DNA of 64,000 nucleotides from Candidatus Woesearchaeota archaeon (GCA_043817645.1 JBDRGP010000034.1:15020-79019), one strand, 5' to 3'; positions 1-9,401 are shown, counted from the stretch's first letter. The notes: generated by a model not told the origin, from the sequence alone. Made by a program: numbers and translations.

Positions 1-542
1 AAAACAGGAAAAACACTATCCCCAATCTTAGTTTGCCTTAAACTTTCTTCCAAGATAATATCCCAATTAATTTTAAATTTTTCAACCAAAGACTTGCCAT
101 CGTCTCTATCTCCTGTTCTTTCAGTAGTACATTTCATCAAAATAATATCCTCAGGACTTAAAACCTTAACAACTAACTTTCCAAATTGGTGCACTTCTTT
201 TACTCTCTCTAAAATACTTTCAGTAATTTTAATACAAACTACTTCCTTAAAAAACAAATCAAACCTAGTATTCATACCTTCCAAAAAAGTTGGATTAATT
301 TTAGGTTCGTAATCTCCTCTAATAATTCTCAGTCTTTTCTCAGTAAACCCATTTTTTTTCAATATTTTCTTAATTAATAAAAAATCTTCCTCTCTCATAA
401 GAACTAAATCAATATCCTTAGTTTCAGTTTTAGCACCCAAAAACATCATAGCACTCCCACCGATAACAAGAGCTTCTATCTTCCTCTCTAAGTCGGCCCC
501 AATCGTCTTCAATAAGTTAATCTGTTCATCAAGGGTTACCAT
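1..542 (-). CDS. AbiEii-like nucleotidyltransferase (minimal NTase fold), N-terminal part; C-terminus runs off window start
   Basis: Hand translation of minus strand from ATG (plus 540-542): MVTLDEQINLLKTIGADLERKIEALVIGGSAMMFLGAKTETKDIDLVL... The GGSA...TKDIDL segment matches the GS...D.D nucleotidyltransferase motif of AbiEii/DUF1814-type proteins. Absent from the ORF track because its stop lies outside the window. Confidence 0.5.
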   Translation of the reverse strand, partial: MVTLDEQINLLKTIGADLERKIEALVIGGSAMMFLGAKTETKDIDLVLMREEDFLLIKKILKKNGFTEKRLRIIRGDYEPKINPTFLEGMNTRFDLFFKEVVCIKITESILERVKEVHQFGKLVVKVLSPEDIILMKCTTERTGDRDDGKSLVEKFKINWDIILEESLRQTKIGDSVFPV

Positions 543-1171
543 TCTCTATACCTCATCAAATCAGCCCTATTAAAAGGTACATAAACCTCCCATAATTTTT
601 CAATATCATTAAAGTGTCCTAACTTGCCTCTCAGATTCTTTATAACGTACTTACTTTTGACCTTACTATTCAACAAAGCTTTCCTAGTTCTTAAATCCAT
701 TCTTCTTACCCTTATAAATTTCCTGGCAACATCATACAGTGCACCAACCTTTCTTCCAAGTTTATTTTTCACCGCCAAGGTTTTTAATTTACTCCAATCT
801 CTCACTTTCCCAAAAAGATCTAAACTAGCCAAAATTGTTCTGTACTCTCCAGTATTAACTGCTTCTACAATCACCTCTTCAATACTTAAGGGTCTTCCAT
901 GAACTCTATACCTTGCTCTAGTTATCAATCCAATCCTCGAATTTTTGTTTATAACCTCATATAAACCAGGATATCCAACCTCTCTCCTTTTCAAAGGATC
1001 AATAATATAGAACCTTACTTTTCTACCACCGTTATAATTCCTTAAAAACCCCTCCTTCCTTAATTTAGAAACGTAATTAATTGCAGTCCTTCTTTTAATC
1101 CCTAATTTTTTTGATATAGTGCTAACTGTCTGCATCCCCTCCAATCTTTTAGCCATATCCAAAGACTCCAT
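536..1171 (-). CDS. AbiEi-like HTH transcriptional regulator/antitoxin candidate
   Basis: 211 aa with an N-terminal HTH-like segment (TVSTISKKLGIKRRTAINYVSKLRKEGFL). It overlaps the downstream NTase gene by 7 nt. The HTH-then-NTase order on one strand is the AbiEi-AbiEii arrangement. Confidence 0.4.
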   Translation of the reverse strand: MESLDMAKRLEGMQTVSTISKKLGIKRRTAINYVSKLRKEGFLRNYNGGRKVRFYIIDPLKRREVGYPGLYEVINKNSRIGLITRARYRVHGRPLSIEEVIVEAVNTGEYRTILASLDLFGKVRDWSKLKTLAVKNKLGRKVGALYDVARKFIRVRRMDLRTRKALLNSKVKSKYVIKNLRGKLGHFNDIEKLWEVYVPFNRADLMRYREW

Positions 1172-1227
1172 TTTACATCACAAAAACTATTAATAATATA
1201 TTACCTAAAAGAACTAATATATAAACT

Positions 1228-1491
1228 TTACGCTTTATTACCTTTCTGGATACTACAAGATTCTTTAATTATCCTCTTAAACAAATCCTCCACCAACCTT
1301 GGATTCAACCCCAATTTCTTTCCAAGTTTTTTCTTTCCATCAATAATCTTTTTCTCCCTCTCAGGCTGGCATACCAAAATCTTATTCTTTTTTTTATATT
1401 CAGCCAATTTCTGAATCAAACTCATTCTCTCAGCAAGCAGAATAACAAGTTCCTTATCCAACCGATCTAAACGTTTTCTTATCTCTCTCAC
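1228..1491 (-). CDS. chorismate mutase (AroQ class) domain protein, stand-alone
   Basis: 87 aa: MREIRKRLDRLDKELVILLAERMSLIQKLAEYKKKNKIL..QPEREKKII...LGLNPRLVEDLFKRIIKESCSIQ fits the AroQ helical chorismate-mutase pattern (R..ID.ID..L..LL.eR..l...i...K; dp.RE; ..f..i...s...Q). Confidence 0.65.
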   Translation of the reverse strand: MREIRKRLDRLDKELVILLAERMSLIQKLAEYKKKNKILVCQPEREKKIIDGKKKLGKKLGLNPRLVEDLFKRIIKESCSIQKGNKA

Positions 1492-1862
1492 TTTTCAAAT
1501 CTCAACTCAAACCATTCCACTTTCCCGCTCTCAATCAATCTCTTGACCTGTTTCTGCTTCTCATTCAAACCACTTTTCCCAGTCTTAACTTCAATAAATT
1601 TCACAGAGTCATCATCAAAACTAATAAAATCAATAGGATTCCCTAAAAAAACAGTATTTTCTTTCTCACCAGGATAATCTTCCATAAAAGGAACAAAACT
1701 TTCAAAATGTTTACCATGCTTAACATTCATACTCTTATAATCAAATTTCAGTCTTTCATGCCCTTCCTTCAACTCAAAAACCTTCCTCCTCAGTCTAGAA
1801 TAAAGATAAATAAAAATAATTAAAAGAATAATTAAAACCAATACGAAATAACCCAAAGCCAT
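1488..1862 (-). CDS. membrane-anchored PD-(D/E)xK nuclease, Hjc (Holliday-junction resolvase)-like
   Basis: 124 aa. N-terminal TM helix (ALGYFVLVLIILLIIFIYL), then D (GNPIDFISF), E-x-K (FIEVKTGKS) and Q (NEKQKQVKRL) in the order of Hjc/restriction-endonuclease-fold enzymes. Its stop overlaps the chorismate-mutase start (ATGA). Confidence 0.45.
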   Translation of the reverse strand: MALGYFVLVLIILLIIFIYLYSRLRRKVFELKEGHERLKFDYKSMNVKHGKHFESFVPFMEDYPGEKENTVFLGNPIDFISFDDDSVKFIEVKTGKSGLNEKQKQVKRLIESGKVEWFELRFEK

Positions 1863-1986
1863 TATTTAACAAAATCCAACAAGACCGCAAAACCAATTCT
1901 TCAAACTATAAAAAACACCGGGCGCAAAATAATACAACAAAACTAAAATAACAACTATTAAAATAATCCACGTTGTTATTTTCATT

Positions 1987-2985
1987 TTAAGAAACTTTCT
2001 CCACCTCTTTTACCAGTTCATCAGGATTAACGTCTATAACCCTCTGAACCATCATCTCATTTCTATCAAAGAACTCATTCCTTATAACCCTTCCTACTAA
2101 AATCAATTGCCTTCCCAAAAGCCCATCTCTAATTTTATTAAATTCTTCTAAATTATCCCTAGCCTTCAAAAGTTCATCTTTATTTAAATTCAATAAACTC
2201 TCAGCATGATTCCTAAAAGCCACAGCCCGAATATTCTCGCTACCATCATCAATAAAAACATTCACAATAGGAACTAACTCTTGCTCAACCTTGCCATGCT
2301 CCTTACAAGAAGCACTATCACCAACAGCCTCTAATTTCTTACCACATCTAGGACAGGCCTCATAAAATCTAGGTTCAAACACTTGAACTATAGTCCCAAC
2401 AACACCAACCCCAACATCACCCATTTGCAATTCGCTAATTTTTTTCTTTTCAAAATCATAACTCCTCTCATTCTTAACCTCGACCTCAACACCACTAGGA
2501 TTAAGTTCCAATTCGGCCCTATTACCCAAATGAACTTCTTTATACGCATTATTGCTTTTCACATAAGCATTAGTTATTTTCAAAATAGTATCTTCCTTAA
2601 TTTTTCCATCTTCAACATCCTTAATATGGTTAGTATCCCAAAAAACAACTCTGACAACCCCAGTATCATCCCCAAACAAAATACTCACAACCTTCCCTTC
2701 CCTATCATTTTTTTTAAAATTAACAACATCATTAACTTGAACAACTTTTCCCAGTAAAGAAACACCATTCATCCCTGTTAAAAGTCTATTAATTTTTACT
2801 TCCTTAGAAACATCTAGAATCTTAACTCCAAGCTCATTAGCCACTATATGCGCAGCACCCTCCTTGCTTATCAAATCGCTCAATTGCACTAATTTCTCTT
2901 TAATCTTTAACTGAATTTCTTCTTCAGAAAGCTGTTTTTCCTCTTGTATTCTAGAGATTATCTCTTTATAACTCAAATTAAACAT
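1987..2985 (-). CDS. replication protein A (RPA)-like ssDNA-binding protein with OB folds and Zn-ribbon
   Basis: 332 aa with OB-fold-like segments and a CPRCGKK...C..H Zn-ribbon (ACPRCGKKLEAVGDSASCKEHG), as in archaeal RPA/RFA. Confidence 0.7.
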   Translation of the reverse strand: MFNLSYKEIISRIQEEKQLSEEEIQLKIKEKLVQLSDLISKEGAAHIVANELGVKILDVSKEVKINRLLTGMNGVSLLGKVVQVNDVVNFKKNDREGKVVSILFGDDTGVVRVVFWDTNHIKDVEDGKIKEDTILKITNAYVKSNNAYKEVHLGNRAELELNPSGVEVEVKNERSYDFEKKKISELQMGDVGVGVVGTIVQVFEPRFYEACPRCGKKLEAVGDSASCKEHGKVEQELVPIVNVFIDDGSENIRAVAFRNHAESLLNLNKDELLKARDNLEEFNKIRDGLLGRQLILVGRVIRNEFFDRNEMMVQRVIDVNPDELVKEVEKVS

Positions 2986-3110
2986 AACATCAATAAAAAT
3001 TTAATCGCTTTAAAAACATTATTATCTTTTAGTCTTCATGTACCAAAAACCTCTTTGATTTCTCTTAGTTTAAAGCAAAAATTCCAGTAACCACTCCAAA
3101 ATCAAGAACT

Positions 3111-3530
3111 CTAAAGTAGCTTTCTTATAACATCAATATACTCCTCAATCAAAACAATCAGTTTTTGTATATCTTTTTCATCTGATTCAACTTCTTCAAA
3201 ACCATAAAAAATCTCATGCCTTTCAAGCCTTAGCATATTCAGTTCGTTTAAAAATTTTGGTTCTATCTTATCAGAATATTTCTCTCGGATGTATACATAC
3301 AGGGCATAATGACTTTTTTCTTTAAATCCATCTCTAAACAACAAAGCCCTAGAAGAATGAAACATTGATGAATACAAATTAACACTAGCCATATCCAAAA
3401 CCTTTAAATTTATCAGTTTCTTGGCCTTTTCTAATTTTATTTCAGATATCTTTATAGACTTTCTTGCTTTTTCCAAACTAGGACTATCTTTCTTTAATAA
3501 CCCTCCCTCTATACATTCCTTAATATCCAT
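3111..3530 (-). CDS. HEPN-domain protein (partner of adjacent MNT nucleotidyltransferase)
   Basis: 139 aa all-helical small protein with an R..H-type motif (NMLRLERHEIFYG). It lies 1 nt downstream of an MNT gene, the usual HEPN/MNT pairing. Confidence 0.45.
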   Translation of the reverse strand: MDIKECIEGGLLKKDSPSLEKARKSIKISEIKLEKAKKLINLKVLDMASVNLYSSMFHSSRALLFRDGFKEKSHYALYVYIREKYSDKIEPKFLNELNMLRLERHEIFYGFEEVESDEKDIQKLIVLIEEYIDVIRKLL

Positions 3531-3531
3531 C

Positions 3532-4077
3532 TCACATCACAATAGGTTTTTCCCCATAAAGAGAAATACAATTTAAGATGACATCATAATAAAAAGCCTT
3601 ATCCTTCTCAGCTTTTTCTTTCCATTCCTTATAGCTATAATTAATTACTGTTAATTCTCTTTTAAGTTTTTTTTCACTTCTTATATCAAGTATCCTAATT
3701 TTATTTTTTGAAATTATGAGCATGTCTATATCGCTATTTTTATCATCATTCCCCCTTGCAACAGATCCATAGAGTATAATACTCAGAATACTTGAATTCT
3801 TTGATACAACTTCTTCCACAAATCCGCTAGAATTTATTTCAGATAATGAATAAAGGATTTTCATAATTCTCGTAAGAAAACCATCCTTAACTTTAAAAAG
3901 ATGACTTCGCCCAACATTTCTTTTTTTCAAAATACCTTGGGATAGCAAAAAATCTAAGGCTCCCTTCGCAGTGCTTGGCCCAACATTTGCCTTTCTAGCT
4001 ACATCTCTTATGCTATACTCCTCATTTTCTCTAATTATTGTTTTAACAACCTTCATCAAAGCATATTTGTTTATCAT
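3532..4077 (-). CDS. HTH + minimal nucleotidyltransferase (MNT) domain protein
   Basis: 181 aa with an N-terminal HTH-like region and the NTase signature ILYGSVARGNDDKNSDIDMLII (GS...D.D). Confidence 0.6.
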   Translation of the reverse strand: MINKYALMKVVKTIIRENEEYSIRDVARKANVGPSTAKGALDFLLSQGILKKRNVGRSHLFKVKDGFLTRIMKILYSLSEINSSGFVEEVVSKNSSILSIILYGSVARGNDDKNSDIDMLIISKNKIRILDIRSEKKLKRELTVINYSYKEWKEKAEKDKAFYYDVILNCISLYGEKPIVM

Positions 4078-4161
4078 GCAATATATAGAACATATGTCCT
4101 TTATAAAATTTTCTAAAAGAGATTGTCCTATAAATAGAACATATAGTCCCTATAAAAAACA

Positions 4162-4890
4162 TTATCCGCCAAATAATTCACCAGTTTTTCTAATTTTAAA
4201 CTTGATTACAGGCTCAACATAACCCAAATCCTTAGTAACCCCTTCAAAATCAAGAAAATCACCTTCTTCTCTACAACTCACTTTAAAACCCTCAAACAAA
4301 TCCTCATTCAAAAGACATTTTTTATCCTTTCCCCATTCAGAATATCTTTTATAAAGTCCATCAAAAACCTTCAGATCGAGATCTATCTCATAAGTATAAT
4401 TTAAGGTCTTATTATAAAAAATTCTTGGCACCAAACCCTCCTTCAGACTATCTACATTAGTAATTTGCTCTGGATAATAAACATTAATCAAAAGAGTATC
4501 ATCTTTTTCAATTATACCCACTTCATGTTTTCCTCTCAATTTAGGCCTCTTTTCAACTTCAAACACAAAATCTTTAGACATCTCCTTTTTAAGATTCTCA
4601 ATTAATCTATCATAAGGATTAAAATCCCACACACCATTCTCGGTTTCTAAAACTCCACCCTTGTTTAAAAACCCATCAAATCTTTTCAAAGTTTCAAACT
4701 TAATTCTCTGCTCAAAATAAAACACAGATTCCTCCATAAGTATATCTTCAAAAATCAAATCTTGACTTAACTTACCAACAGCTCTTGCTTTCGCATCAGT
4801 TACGACCTCATCTTTAACAACTAATGCAAATAAAACTATTCCTAATAACGCCAAAGCTAACATAGGCACAATAATTCCTCTCTTGTTCAT
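4162..4890 (-). CDS. pilin-like protein with class III (type IV prepilin-like) signal peptide
   Basis: N-terminus MNKRG|IIVPMLALALLGIVLFALVV: basic residues, then Gly, then about 20 hydrophobic residues. Last gene of the pilus operon; overlaps the upstream gene by 4 nt. Confidence 0.45.
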   Translation of the reverse strand: MNKRGIIVPMLALALLGIVLFALVVKDEVVTDAKARAVGKLSQDLIFEDILMEESVFYFEQRIKFETLKRFDGFLNKGGVLETENGVWDFNPYDRLIENLKKEMSKDFVFEVEKRPKLRGKHEVGIIEKDDTLLINVYYPEQITNVDSLKEGLVPRIFYNKTLNYTYEIDLDLKVFDGLYKRYSEWGKDKKCLLNEDLFEGFKVSCREEGDFLDFEGVTKDLGYVEPVIKFKIRKTGELFGG

Positions 4891-5399
4891 TCTGGTCTTC
4901 CCTCCAAAATCTTTAAAGTCACCGTTATGTCCTTTGCATTAGGTGAAGGAATAATCATCGCGCCCATATTTTTTCCTAAATTCTTTGGATCCAAAACATC
5001 AAATGCCTTAAAAGTTCCTTCTTCATATACTCCAACCCAGCCTGGTTTTGTAAACTCAATAGAAGGACTTCTCTCTTTCCTGTAGTAAAAAGAATAATAA
5101 AAATCAGAATCTTCAAAAAGACTATGAATTTCATTTTCTAACCTCTCAAAACTTTCCGGATCATCAAAACTCAAACTTACCAAATCACCAATATTAAGAT
5201 TCTTATCAACAGGTGTTTTTAATAAAGAAAGCAGCATATAGTCCAAAGAAACCTCACTCTCACTCTGAAGCACGCCCTTACCACCACTCTTAAACGCATC
5301 CATATTTAGCGCAACAAGAACAAGAACTATAATCACAACAATCAGAATAATAGAGGCGATAGCCATCAATCCAAATCCTAAAAACCCCTTTTTACCCAT
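4887..5399 (-). CDS. pilin-like protein with class III signal peptide
   Basis: N-terminus MGKKG|FLGFGLMAIASIILIVVIIVLVLVAL. Overlaps neighbours on both sides. Confidence 0.45.
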   Translation of the reverse strand: MGKKGFLGFGLMAIASIILIVVIIVLVLVALNMDAFKSGGKGVLQSESEVSLDYMLLSLLKTPVDKNLNIGDLVSLSFDDPESFERLENEIHSLFEDSDFYYSFYYRKERSPSIEFTKPGWVGVYEEGTFKAFDVLDPKNLGKNMGAMIIPSPNAKDITVTLKILEGRPE

Positions 5400-5805
5400 T
5401 CTTAATTAACACCTCAATCTTAACTAAGTTTCTTTCTAAAAAATAATGCCCCCCGCTACAAGCATAATTAAAATCACAAAAATCTCTATTAAAAGCGAAT
5501 TCTTCATTCTCAAAAAGCATTTTTTCACCAGAACTTATCTTAATACCGAATTTGTCCAAATCGAAACAATTCTTAAAGTTTATGACAGAAAAATCATAAA
5601 AAGAATTTTTTTCTAAACATTTTTGAGCATTAACAATAGCATACTCTAATTTAGCATCTTCAGTATTAATCTCAAAAACCATAATCTTGCTTATTACAAG
5701 CAGTATAATCAAAGAAAAAATCACTAAAAAAATAATTCTATAAATCCAAGTAATCTGCTCCTTAGCATGCGTAAACAACCCACCCTTCTTATTCATTTTT
5801 CTCAA
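5392..5805 (-). CDS. pilin-like protein with class III-like signal peptide
   Basis: N-terminus MRKMNKKGG|LFTHAKEQITWIYRIIFLVIFSLIILLVISKI, with several Cys in the mature part. The hydrophobic segment is less canonical than in the neighbours. Confidence 0.35.
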   Translation of the reverse strand: MRKMNKKGGLFTHAKEQITWIYRIIFLVIFSLIILLVISKIMVFEINTEDAKLEYAIVNAQKCLEKNSFYDFSVINFKNCFDLDKFGIKISSGEKMLFENEEFAFNRDFCDFNYACSGGHYFLERNLVKIEVLIKNG

Positions 5806-6127
5806 TTCTCAAATCCTTACCTCTTCTAAAAACCTTAAGATCAGAATCAAAAGAATTTATCTCTTTAACAACACCTTTTCTTGATATAAAAACAACATCT
5901 CCAGCCTTTTTTACATCATATTCATCATCAATAGCATAAACAACAGTAATATTTCCTTCCAGATTATTTAAAGCACTAAACAAAAAATAAAGATCCTCTT
6001 GCACAACCTTATTTTCTAACGCACTTCCATCTCTAAAAGAATCAATCCAAGCATAAGTTCCATAAATAATAACAGCAGCAATCAACAAATACATAACCCA
6101 ATACCCTAGAACATCAGTATCTGCCAT
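5789..6127 (-). CDS. pilus-operon membrane protein (single N-terminal TM, no KRG motif)
   Basis: MADTDVLGYWVMYLLIAAVIIYGTYAW... hydrophobic N-terminus. Sits inside the operon with gene overlaps. Confidence 0.3.
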   Translation of the reverse strand: MADTDVLGYWVMYLLIAAVIIYGTYAWIDSFRDGSALENKVVQEDLYFLFSALNNLEGNITVVYAIDDEYDVKKAGDVVFISRKGVVKEINSFDSDLKVFRRGKDLRIEKNE

Positions 6128-6130
6128 ATC

Positions 6131-6952
6131 TTAACCCTCTCCAAAACAAGGAAGCTCCGCACAAATACCAAGATCATTACCTTTTTTTTCAAGGTATACA
6201 AAACCAGCAGCAACCTGTTCTCTAGGACCTATATCCCATGGCCAAAAACCCTGTTCTTTTTTAGGAACAAATATACCTTTATAATTCATAATCGGGGTAT
6301 CCTCCTCAATATCAAAATAATCCCCATAAGCTCCAACTAAAAAGAACCCTTCTTGAAAACTCATTAAAAAAGAATAACGAATATCTTGTTCATACCAAAG
6401 CTGGCTTTTTTCAAGAGTAAATCCGTGCTTATCTTCATTTATAAATTTATTAACATATAAGGGCTTACAAGAAAGAACCTTCTCGCAACCAAATTCAAAA
6501 ACAGTATTAACTTCATCTCCAGCATCTATATCTGGTCTAGAATAAGATATCAAACTGAGTCTTGAACACATACAAGCACACGACCTATCTTCAGAACATC
6601 CAGCACCAATCGGTTTATGTGCATAAATATAAGCATCATGTTCTTTGGATCCATCAGCAAACCCCACAATCTTATCATATCCTTTATCAAAAAACAAGAA
6701 AGTTACACCCTCTTCTAAAAAAATATCAGATTGATCAAATGTCCTCTCCCTATCTCTAAGCAACCCATCAATAACCCCTAAAAATCTATCTAACTGAGTA
6801 ACATACTTATCTTCATCGATTTTATCCTCAGTCTCCAAAAGCCCGAGCAGATCAAAAGTCTTATCAAACAAAACAAGAACCACCAAAGCACTAATCACTA
6901 TTACTCCTACAATCATAATCATAGACCCAGAAGTACCTCTTTTTCCAATCAT
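6131..6952 (-). CDS. pilin-like protein with class III signal peptide, Cys-rich mature domain
   Basis: MIGKRG|TSGSMIMIVGVIVISALVVLVLF; mature region contains GAGCSEDRSCACMCSRL and further Cys. Confidence 0.45.
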   Translation of the reverse strand: MIGKRGTSGSMIMIVGVIVISALVVLVLFDKTFDLLGLLETEDKIDEDKYVTQLDRFLGVIDGLLRDRERTFDQSDIFLEEGVTFLFFDKGYDKIVGFADGSKEHDAYIYAHKPIGAGCSEDRSCACMCSRLSLISYSRPDIDAGDEVNTVFEFGCEKVLSCKPLYVNKFINEDKHGFTLEKSQLWYEQDIRYSFLMSFQEGFFLVGAYGDYFDIEEDTPIMNYKGIFVPKKEQGFWPWDIGPREQVAAGFVYLEKKGNDLGICAELPCFGEG

Positions 6953-7008
6953 AAAAATAAAAAAGAATTAAGAAATATATAAATTAGTTGGTTTGTTTAC
7001 ACTAATTC

Positions 7009-7413
7009 TTAAGCGTTTTTCTTCCACGTCTCCTGTCCTTCCACTGCATTAGTACAAGCTCCATAAGAACAACCAACACTTATAGGAGTGTCCTTACAAT
7101 AATAATCATTAGGCACGCCATCCATCTCCTCAGCGTTTCCATCTCCATCAATATCCAATCTAAACGGAGTATCACAATATGCAGTTCTCTGACCTGTTGG
7201 AACACCAGCCGCAGCCTCACACCTCTGTTCACATATTTCTCTAGCCAAACTTAAATCAGTTCCAGCAGTTGCACCAAAAAATACACTCCTAATGCTCTTA
7301 CTTAAGTTACTTGTACCACCTAAAAAGAAAAATGCAACAACAAGCAAAACAATTACAACCAGAACAATTATAATTAAAGTATTTATAGGCATTCCTTGAC
7401 CTTTTTTATTCAT
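7009..7413 (-). CDS. pilin-like protein with class III signal peptide, Cys-rich
   Basis: MNKKGQG|MPINTLIIIVLVVIVLLVVAFFFLGG, followed by 8 Cys (CEQRCEAAAG..YCDTP..YYCKD..GCSYGAC). Confidence 0.5.
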   Translation of the reverse strand: MNKKGQGMPINTLIIIVLVVIVLLVVAFFFLGGTSNLSKSIRSVFFGATAGTDLSLAREICEQRCEAAAGVPTGQRTAYCDTPFRLDIDGDGNAEEMDGVPNDYYCKDTPISVGCSYGACTNAVEGQETWKKNA

Positions 7414-7467
7414 TAAGCATCACCTTCTTTTTGATTATTTTATATAAATATCCAACATATATAAAGC

Positions 7468-9090
7468 TTACTGTGTTTGCACCATAGCATTTACTATAGC
7501 CATAGAATCTGGTTTATACAGTCCCCGGGTTACTGCCAAACTAAAAACAACTTCAGTAGAGGTAGGATCTCCTTCGCCCTGCACAGCCTCTGCATGTATT
7601 TTATAAAAAACAATGTTGGCAGGAAAACTATCAAGAGAACCACAAAGATCGTCTTTCCTATATCTGAGTTTCGCATCTTCTTCACTAGAAAAACCACCGT
7701 GCACACTCAAGATATAATCACCATCAGGAGCACCACAAATAACATTCCCAGCGAAATCCCGAATCCTATAATTCAATTGGAATCCCTCCTCTAACTCAAG
7801 ATAGTCCAAATTATTCCATTCTTCAGGGTTCTCCTTAATATACCCTCCAGAATCACTACCAGTTATACCATTCGCAACCGGACTTTTGGTGTCATCAGTT
7901 TTAATTTCTAAAAGATATCGAATTTCCCCTGGATATAGCTCTACATCACCAGTATAAGTCCACTTATAGTCATCACCTAACAGTTTAGTCGAATCAAAAC
8001 GCCCTACAAATTCATACTCAAAAATCATCTTAGAAAACTTAATTCTCCTAGAATATCCAGGATCTCGAGTATACACTTCTTTCAATTTAGCAGCAGCAAC
8101 ACCACCAACATCCAATCCCAAAACCAAAACATCTTCATACAAATTTAAAGCCTCGTTCTCCCTTCCTAATTTTTGCAAACTCTCTGCTGCACCCAAGTAA
8201 TATTCGGCCTTATCTTCTTCATCTTGCAATAAGTTTAATATTTGTTTATACTTTATCAAAAGTTGATCATACTGACCAGTTCTTTTAAATTCTACAATTT
8301 CACACTTAACACCATCAAAAATACTAAACTTAGTTCTAGCCAAGTTCTCGCATTCAGGCCATAAAATATGATATCTCCTAAGTTCTAACTCAAAATTATC
8401 CTTATCAATCTTCTGTCCCACCGCTAAAAGTCTAGAATCAATGTCTATAGAGGGCGCCTTTTTTTCTTGAGCCTCTTGATAAAATTTCTGTGCATCCCCA
8501 TATCTCTTCTCATCCATAGCTTTATCTCCAGCTTCAATCAATCTCCTCCATTCCCCCTCCAAAGCCACCTCTGCATGTTTTTCTCTTTCTTCTTTTGCTT
8601 TCATCAAATATCCGTATACATCTCTCCTCGTTTTTTCATCACACTTTTCTCTTAATCCATTATACTCTTCTTCCTTTAGCTTAGTTTTTCCAGAACGATA
8701 TTTTGTATTATAATCACTTAAACTCAAACCGGGTTTTAAGACCCCTTCTTCAACACCACCACAAATATCTAAATAATGCTCAAACTCCTTCTGAGCTAAA
8801 TCATATTTACTTTCACCCATAAGATCGTTTCCTCTACTAATCAAGCTATTAAGATACCCACCAGGATCACTCCTGATAAACTCCAAATCCTCCTCTTCTT
8901 TCGGAGTAAATAAACCAAAAAAATTCTTAAACTTTTCAACTCCAGATTTGCTTTCTTCAGTCACAGTTTTAATAGTTCCTCCTTCAGCTTCATTAGCGCC
9001 ACGATAAAGGAATACAACAACAATAATTACAGCTACAACTCCAACTAATAAACTAAAAAGATTATTCCAATGAAATTCTCCTCTTTTCAT
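7468..9090 (-). CDS. large pilin-like/pilus-associated protein (class III-like N-terminus, helical-repeat middle, beta-rich C-terminus)
   Basis: MKRG|EFHWNNLFSLLVGVVAVIIVVVFLY; 540 aa with a TPR-like helical region (YGDAQKFYQEAQEK, AEYYLGAAESLQKLGRENEALNLYEDVL). Confidence 0.4.
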   Translation of the reverse strand: MKRGEFHWNNLFSLLVGVVAVIIVVVFLYRGANEAEGGTIKTVTEESKSGVEKFKNFFGLFTPKEEEDLEFIRSDPGGYLNSLISRGNDLMGESKYDLAQKEFEHYLDICGGVEEGVLKPGLSLSDYNTKYRSGKTKLKEEEYNGLREKCDEKTRRDVYGYLMKAKEEREKHAEVALEGEWRRLIEAGDKAMDEKRYGDAQKFYQEAQEKKAPSIDIDSRLLAVGQKIDKDNFELELRRYHILWPECENLARTKFSIFDGVKCEIVEFKRTGQYDQLLIKYKQILNLLQDEEDKAEYYLGAAESLQKLGRENEALNLYEDVLVLGLDVGGVAAAKLKEVYTRDPGYSRRIKFSKMIFEYEFVGRFDSTKLLGDDYKWTYTGDVELYPGEIRYLLEIKTDDTKSPVANGITGSDSGGYIKENPEEWNNLDYLELEEGFQLNYRIRDFAGNVICGAPDGDYILSVHGGFSSEEDAKLRYRKDDLCGSLDSFPANIVFYKIHAEAVQGEGDPTSTEVVFSLAVTRGLYKPDSMAIVNAMVQTQ

Positions 9091-9093
9091 ATC

Positions 9094-9261
9094 TTAACCA
9101 AATCCTAAGAAATTTATAAAAGTATCTATCAAATCAAACACTATCTCCATAACAGATGAAAAACCCATTAAAGCCATGGCCCCCACTAAAACAACTACAA
9201 CTACAACTAATATGAGAGTTAACACCTTAGTTATAGCTATTTCGCCTTTATTCCCTATCAT
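9094..9261 (-). CDS. unannotated mini-pilin (55 aa) with class III signal peptide
   Basis: Hand translation: MIGNKG|EIAITKVLTLILVVVVVVLVGAMALMGFSSVMEIVFDLIDTFINFLGFG. Not in the ORF track (under 60 aa). Stop is 3 nt from the next start. Confidence 0.4.
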   Translation of the reverse strand: MIGNKGEIAITKVLTLILVVVVVVLVGAMALMGFSSVMEIVFDLIDTFINFLGFG

Positions 9262-9401
9262 CTTAAAGTAAATTTATCTAAAAACCCCACACCTTTTTGA
9301 GTTAAAGCCATTATTATCAAAACCACAATTATCACTATCACTAAAAATATCAAAAGCTCTCCAATTATTTTTAATTCTAAACCTTTTTTATTCAAAGTCA
9401 T
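9258..9401 (-). CDS. unannotated mini-pilin (47 aa) with class III signal peptide
   Basis: Hand translation: MTLNKKG|LELKIIGELLIFLVIVIIVVLIIMALTQKGVGFLDKFTLR. Its stop TGA overlaps the ATG of the 55-aa ORF (ATGA). Confidence 0.4.
   Translation of the reverse strand: MTLNKKGLELKIIGELLIFLVIVIIVVLIIMALTQKGVGFLDKFTLR

Noticed and set aside
624-902. Plus-strand 92-aa ORF inside the minus-strand HTH gene. Similar antisense ORFs occur at 2383-2757, 3971-4222, 6562-6759, 7477-7794, 11456-11794, 12897-13364, 14513-14935, 16194-16415, 17058-17240, 21413-21748, 22865-23224, 24008-24291, 26596-26784, 28012-28452, 29338-29877, 30058-30524, 31451-32146, 34512-34841, 39450-39965, 42397-42883, 43276-44132, 44144-44653, 44933-45504, 45805-46012, 46375-46796, 48971-49452, 50113-50484, 51201-51401, 51581-52069, 52655-52888, 53146-53567, 54065-54268, 57173-57560, 59336-59551, 60348-60827, 61041-61268, 62030-62638.
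   Set aside because: All are fully embedded antisense to, or out of frame with, much longer ORFs carrying clear family motifs. Their low-complexity translations (poly-I/L/N/F/S) are what shadow frames of AT-rich genes produce. No independent motif or start context supports them.
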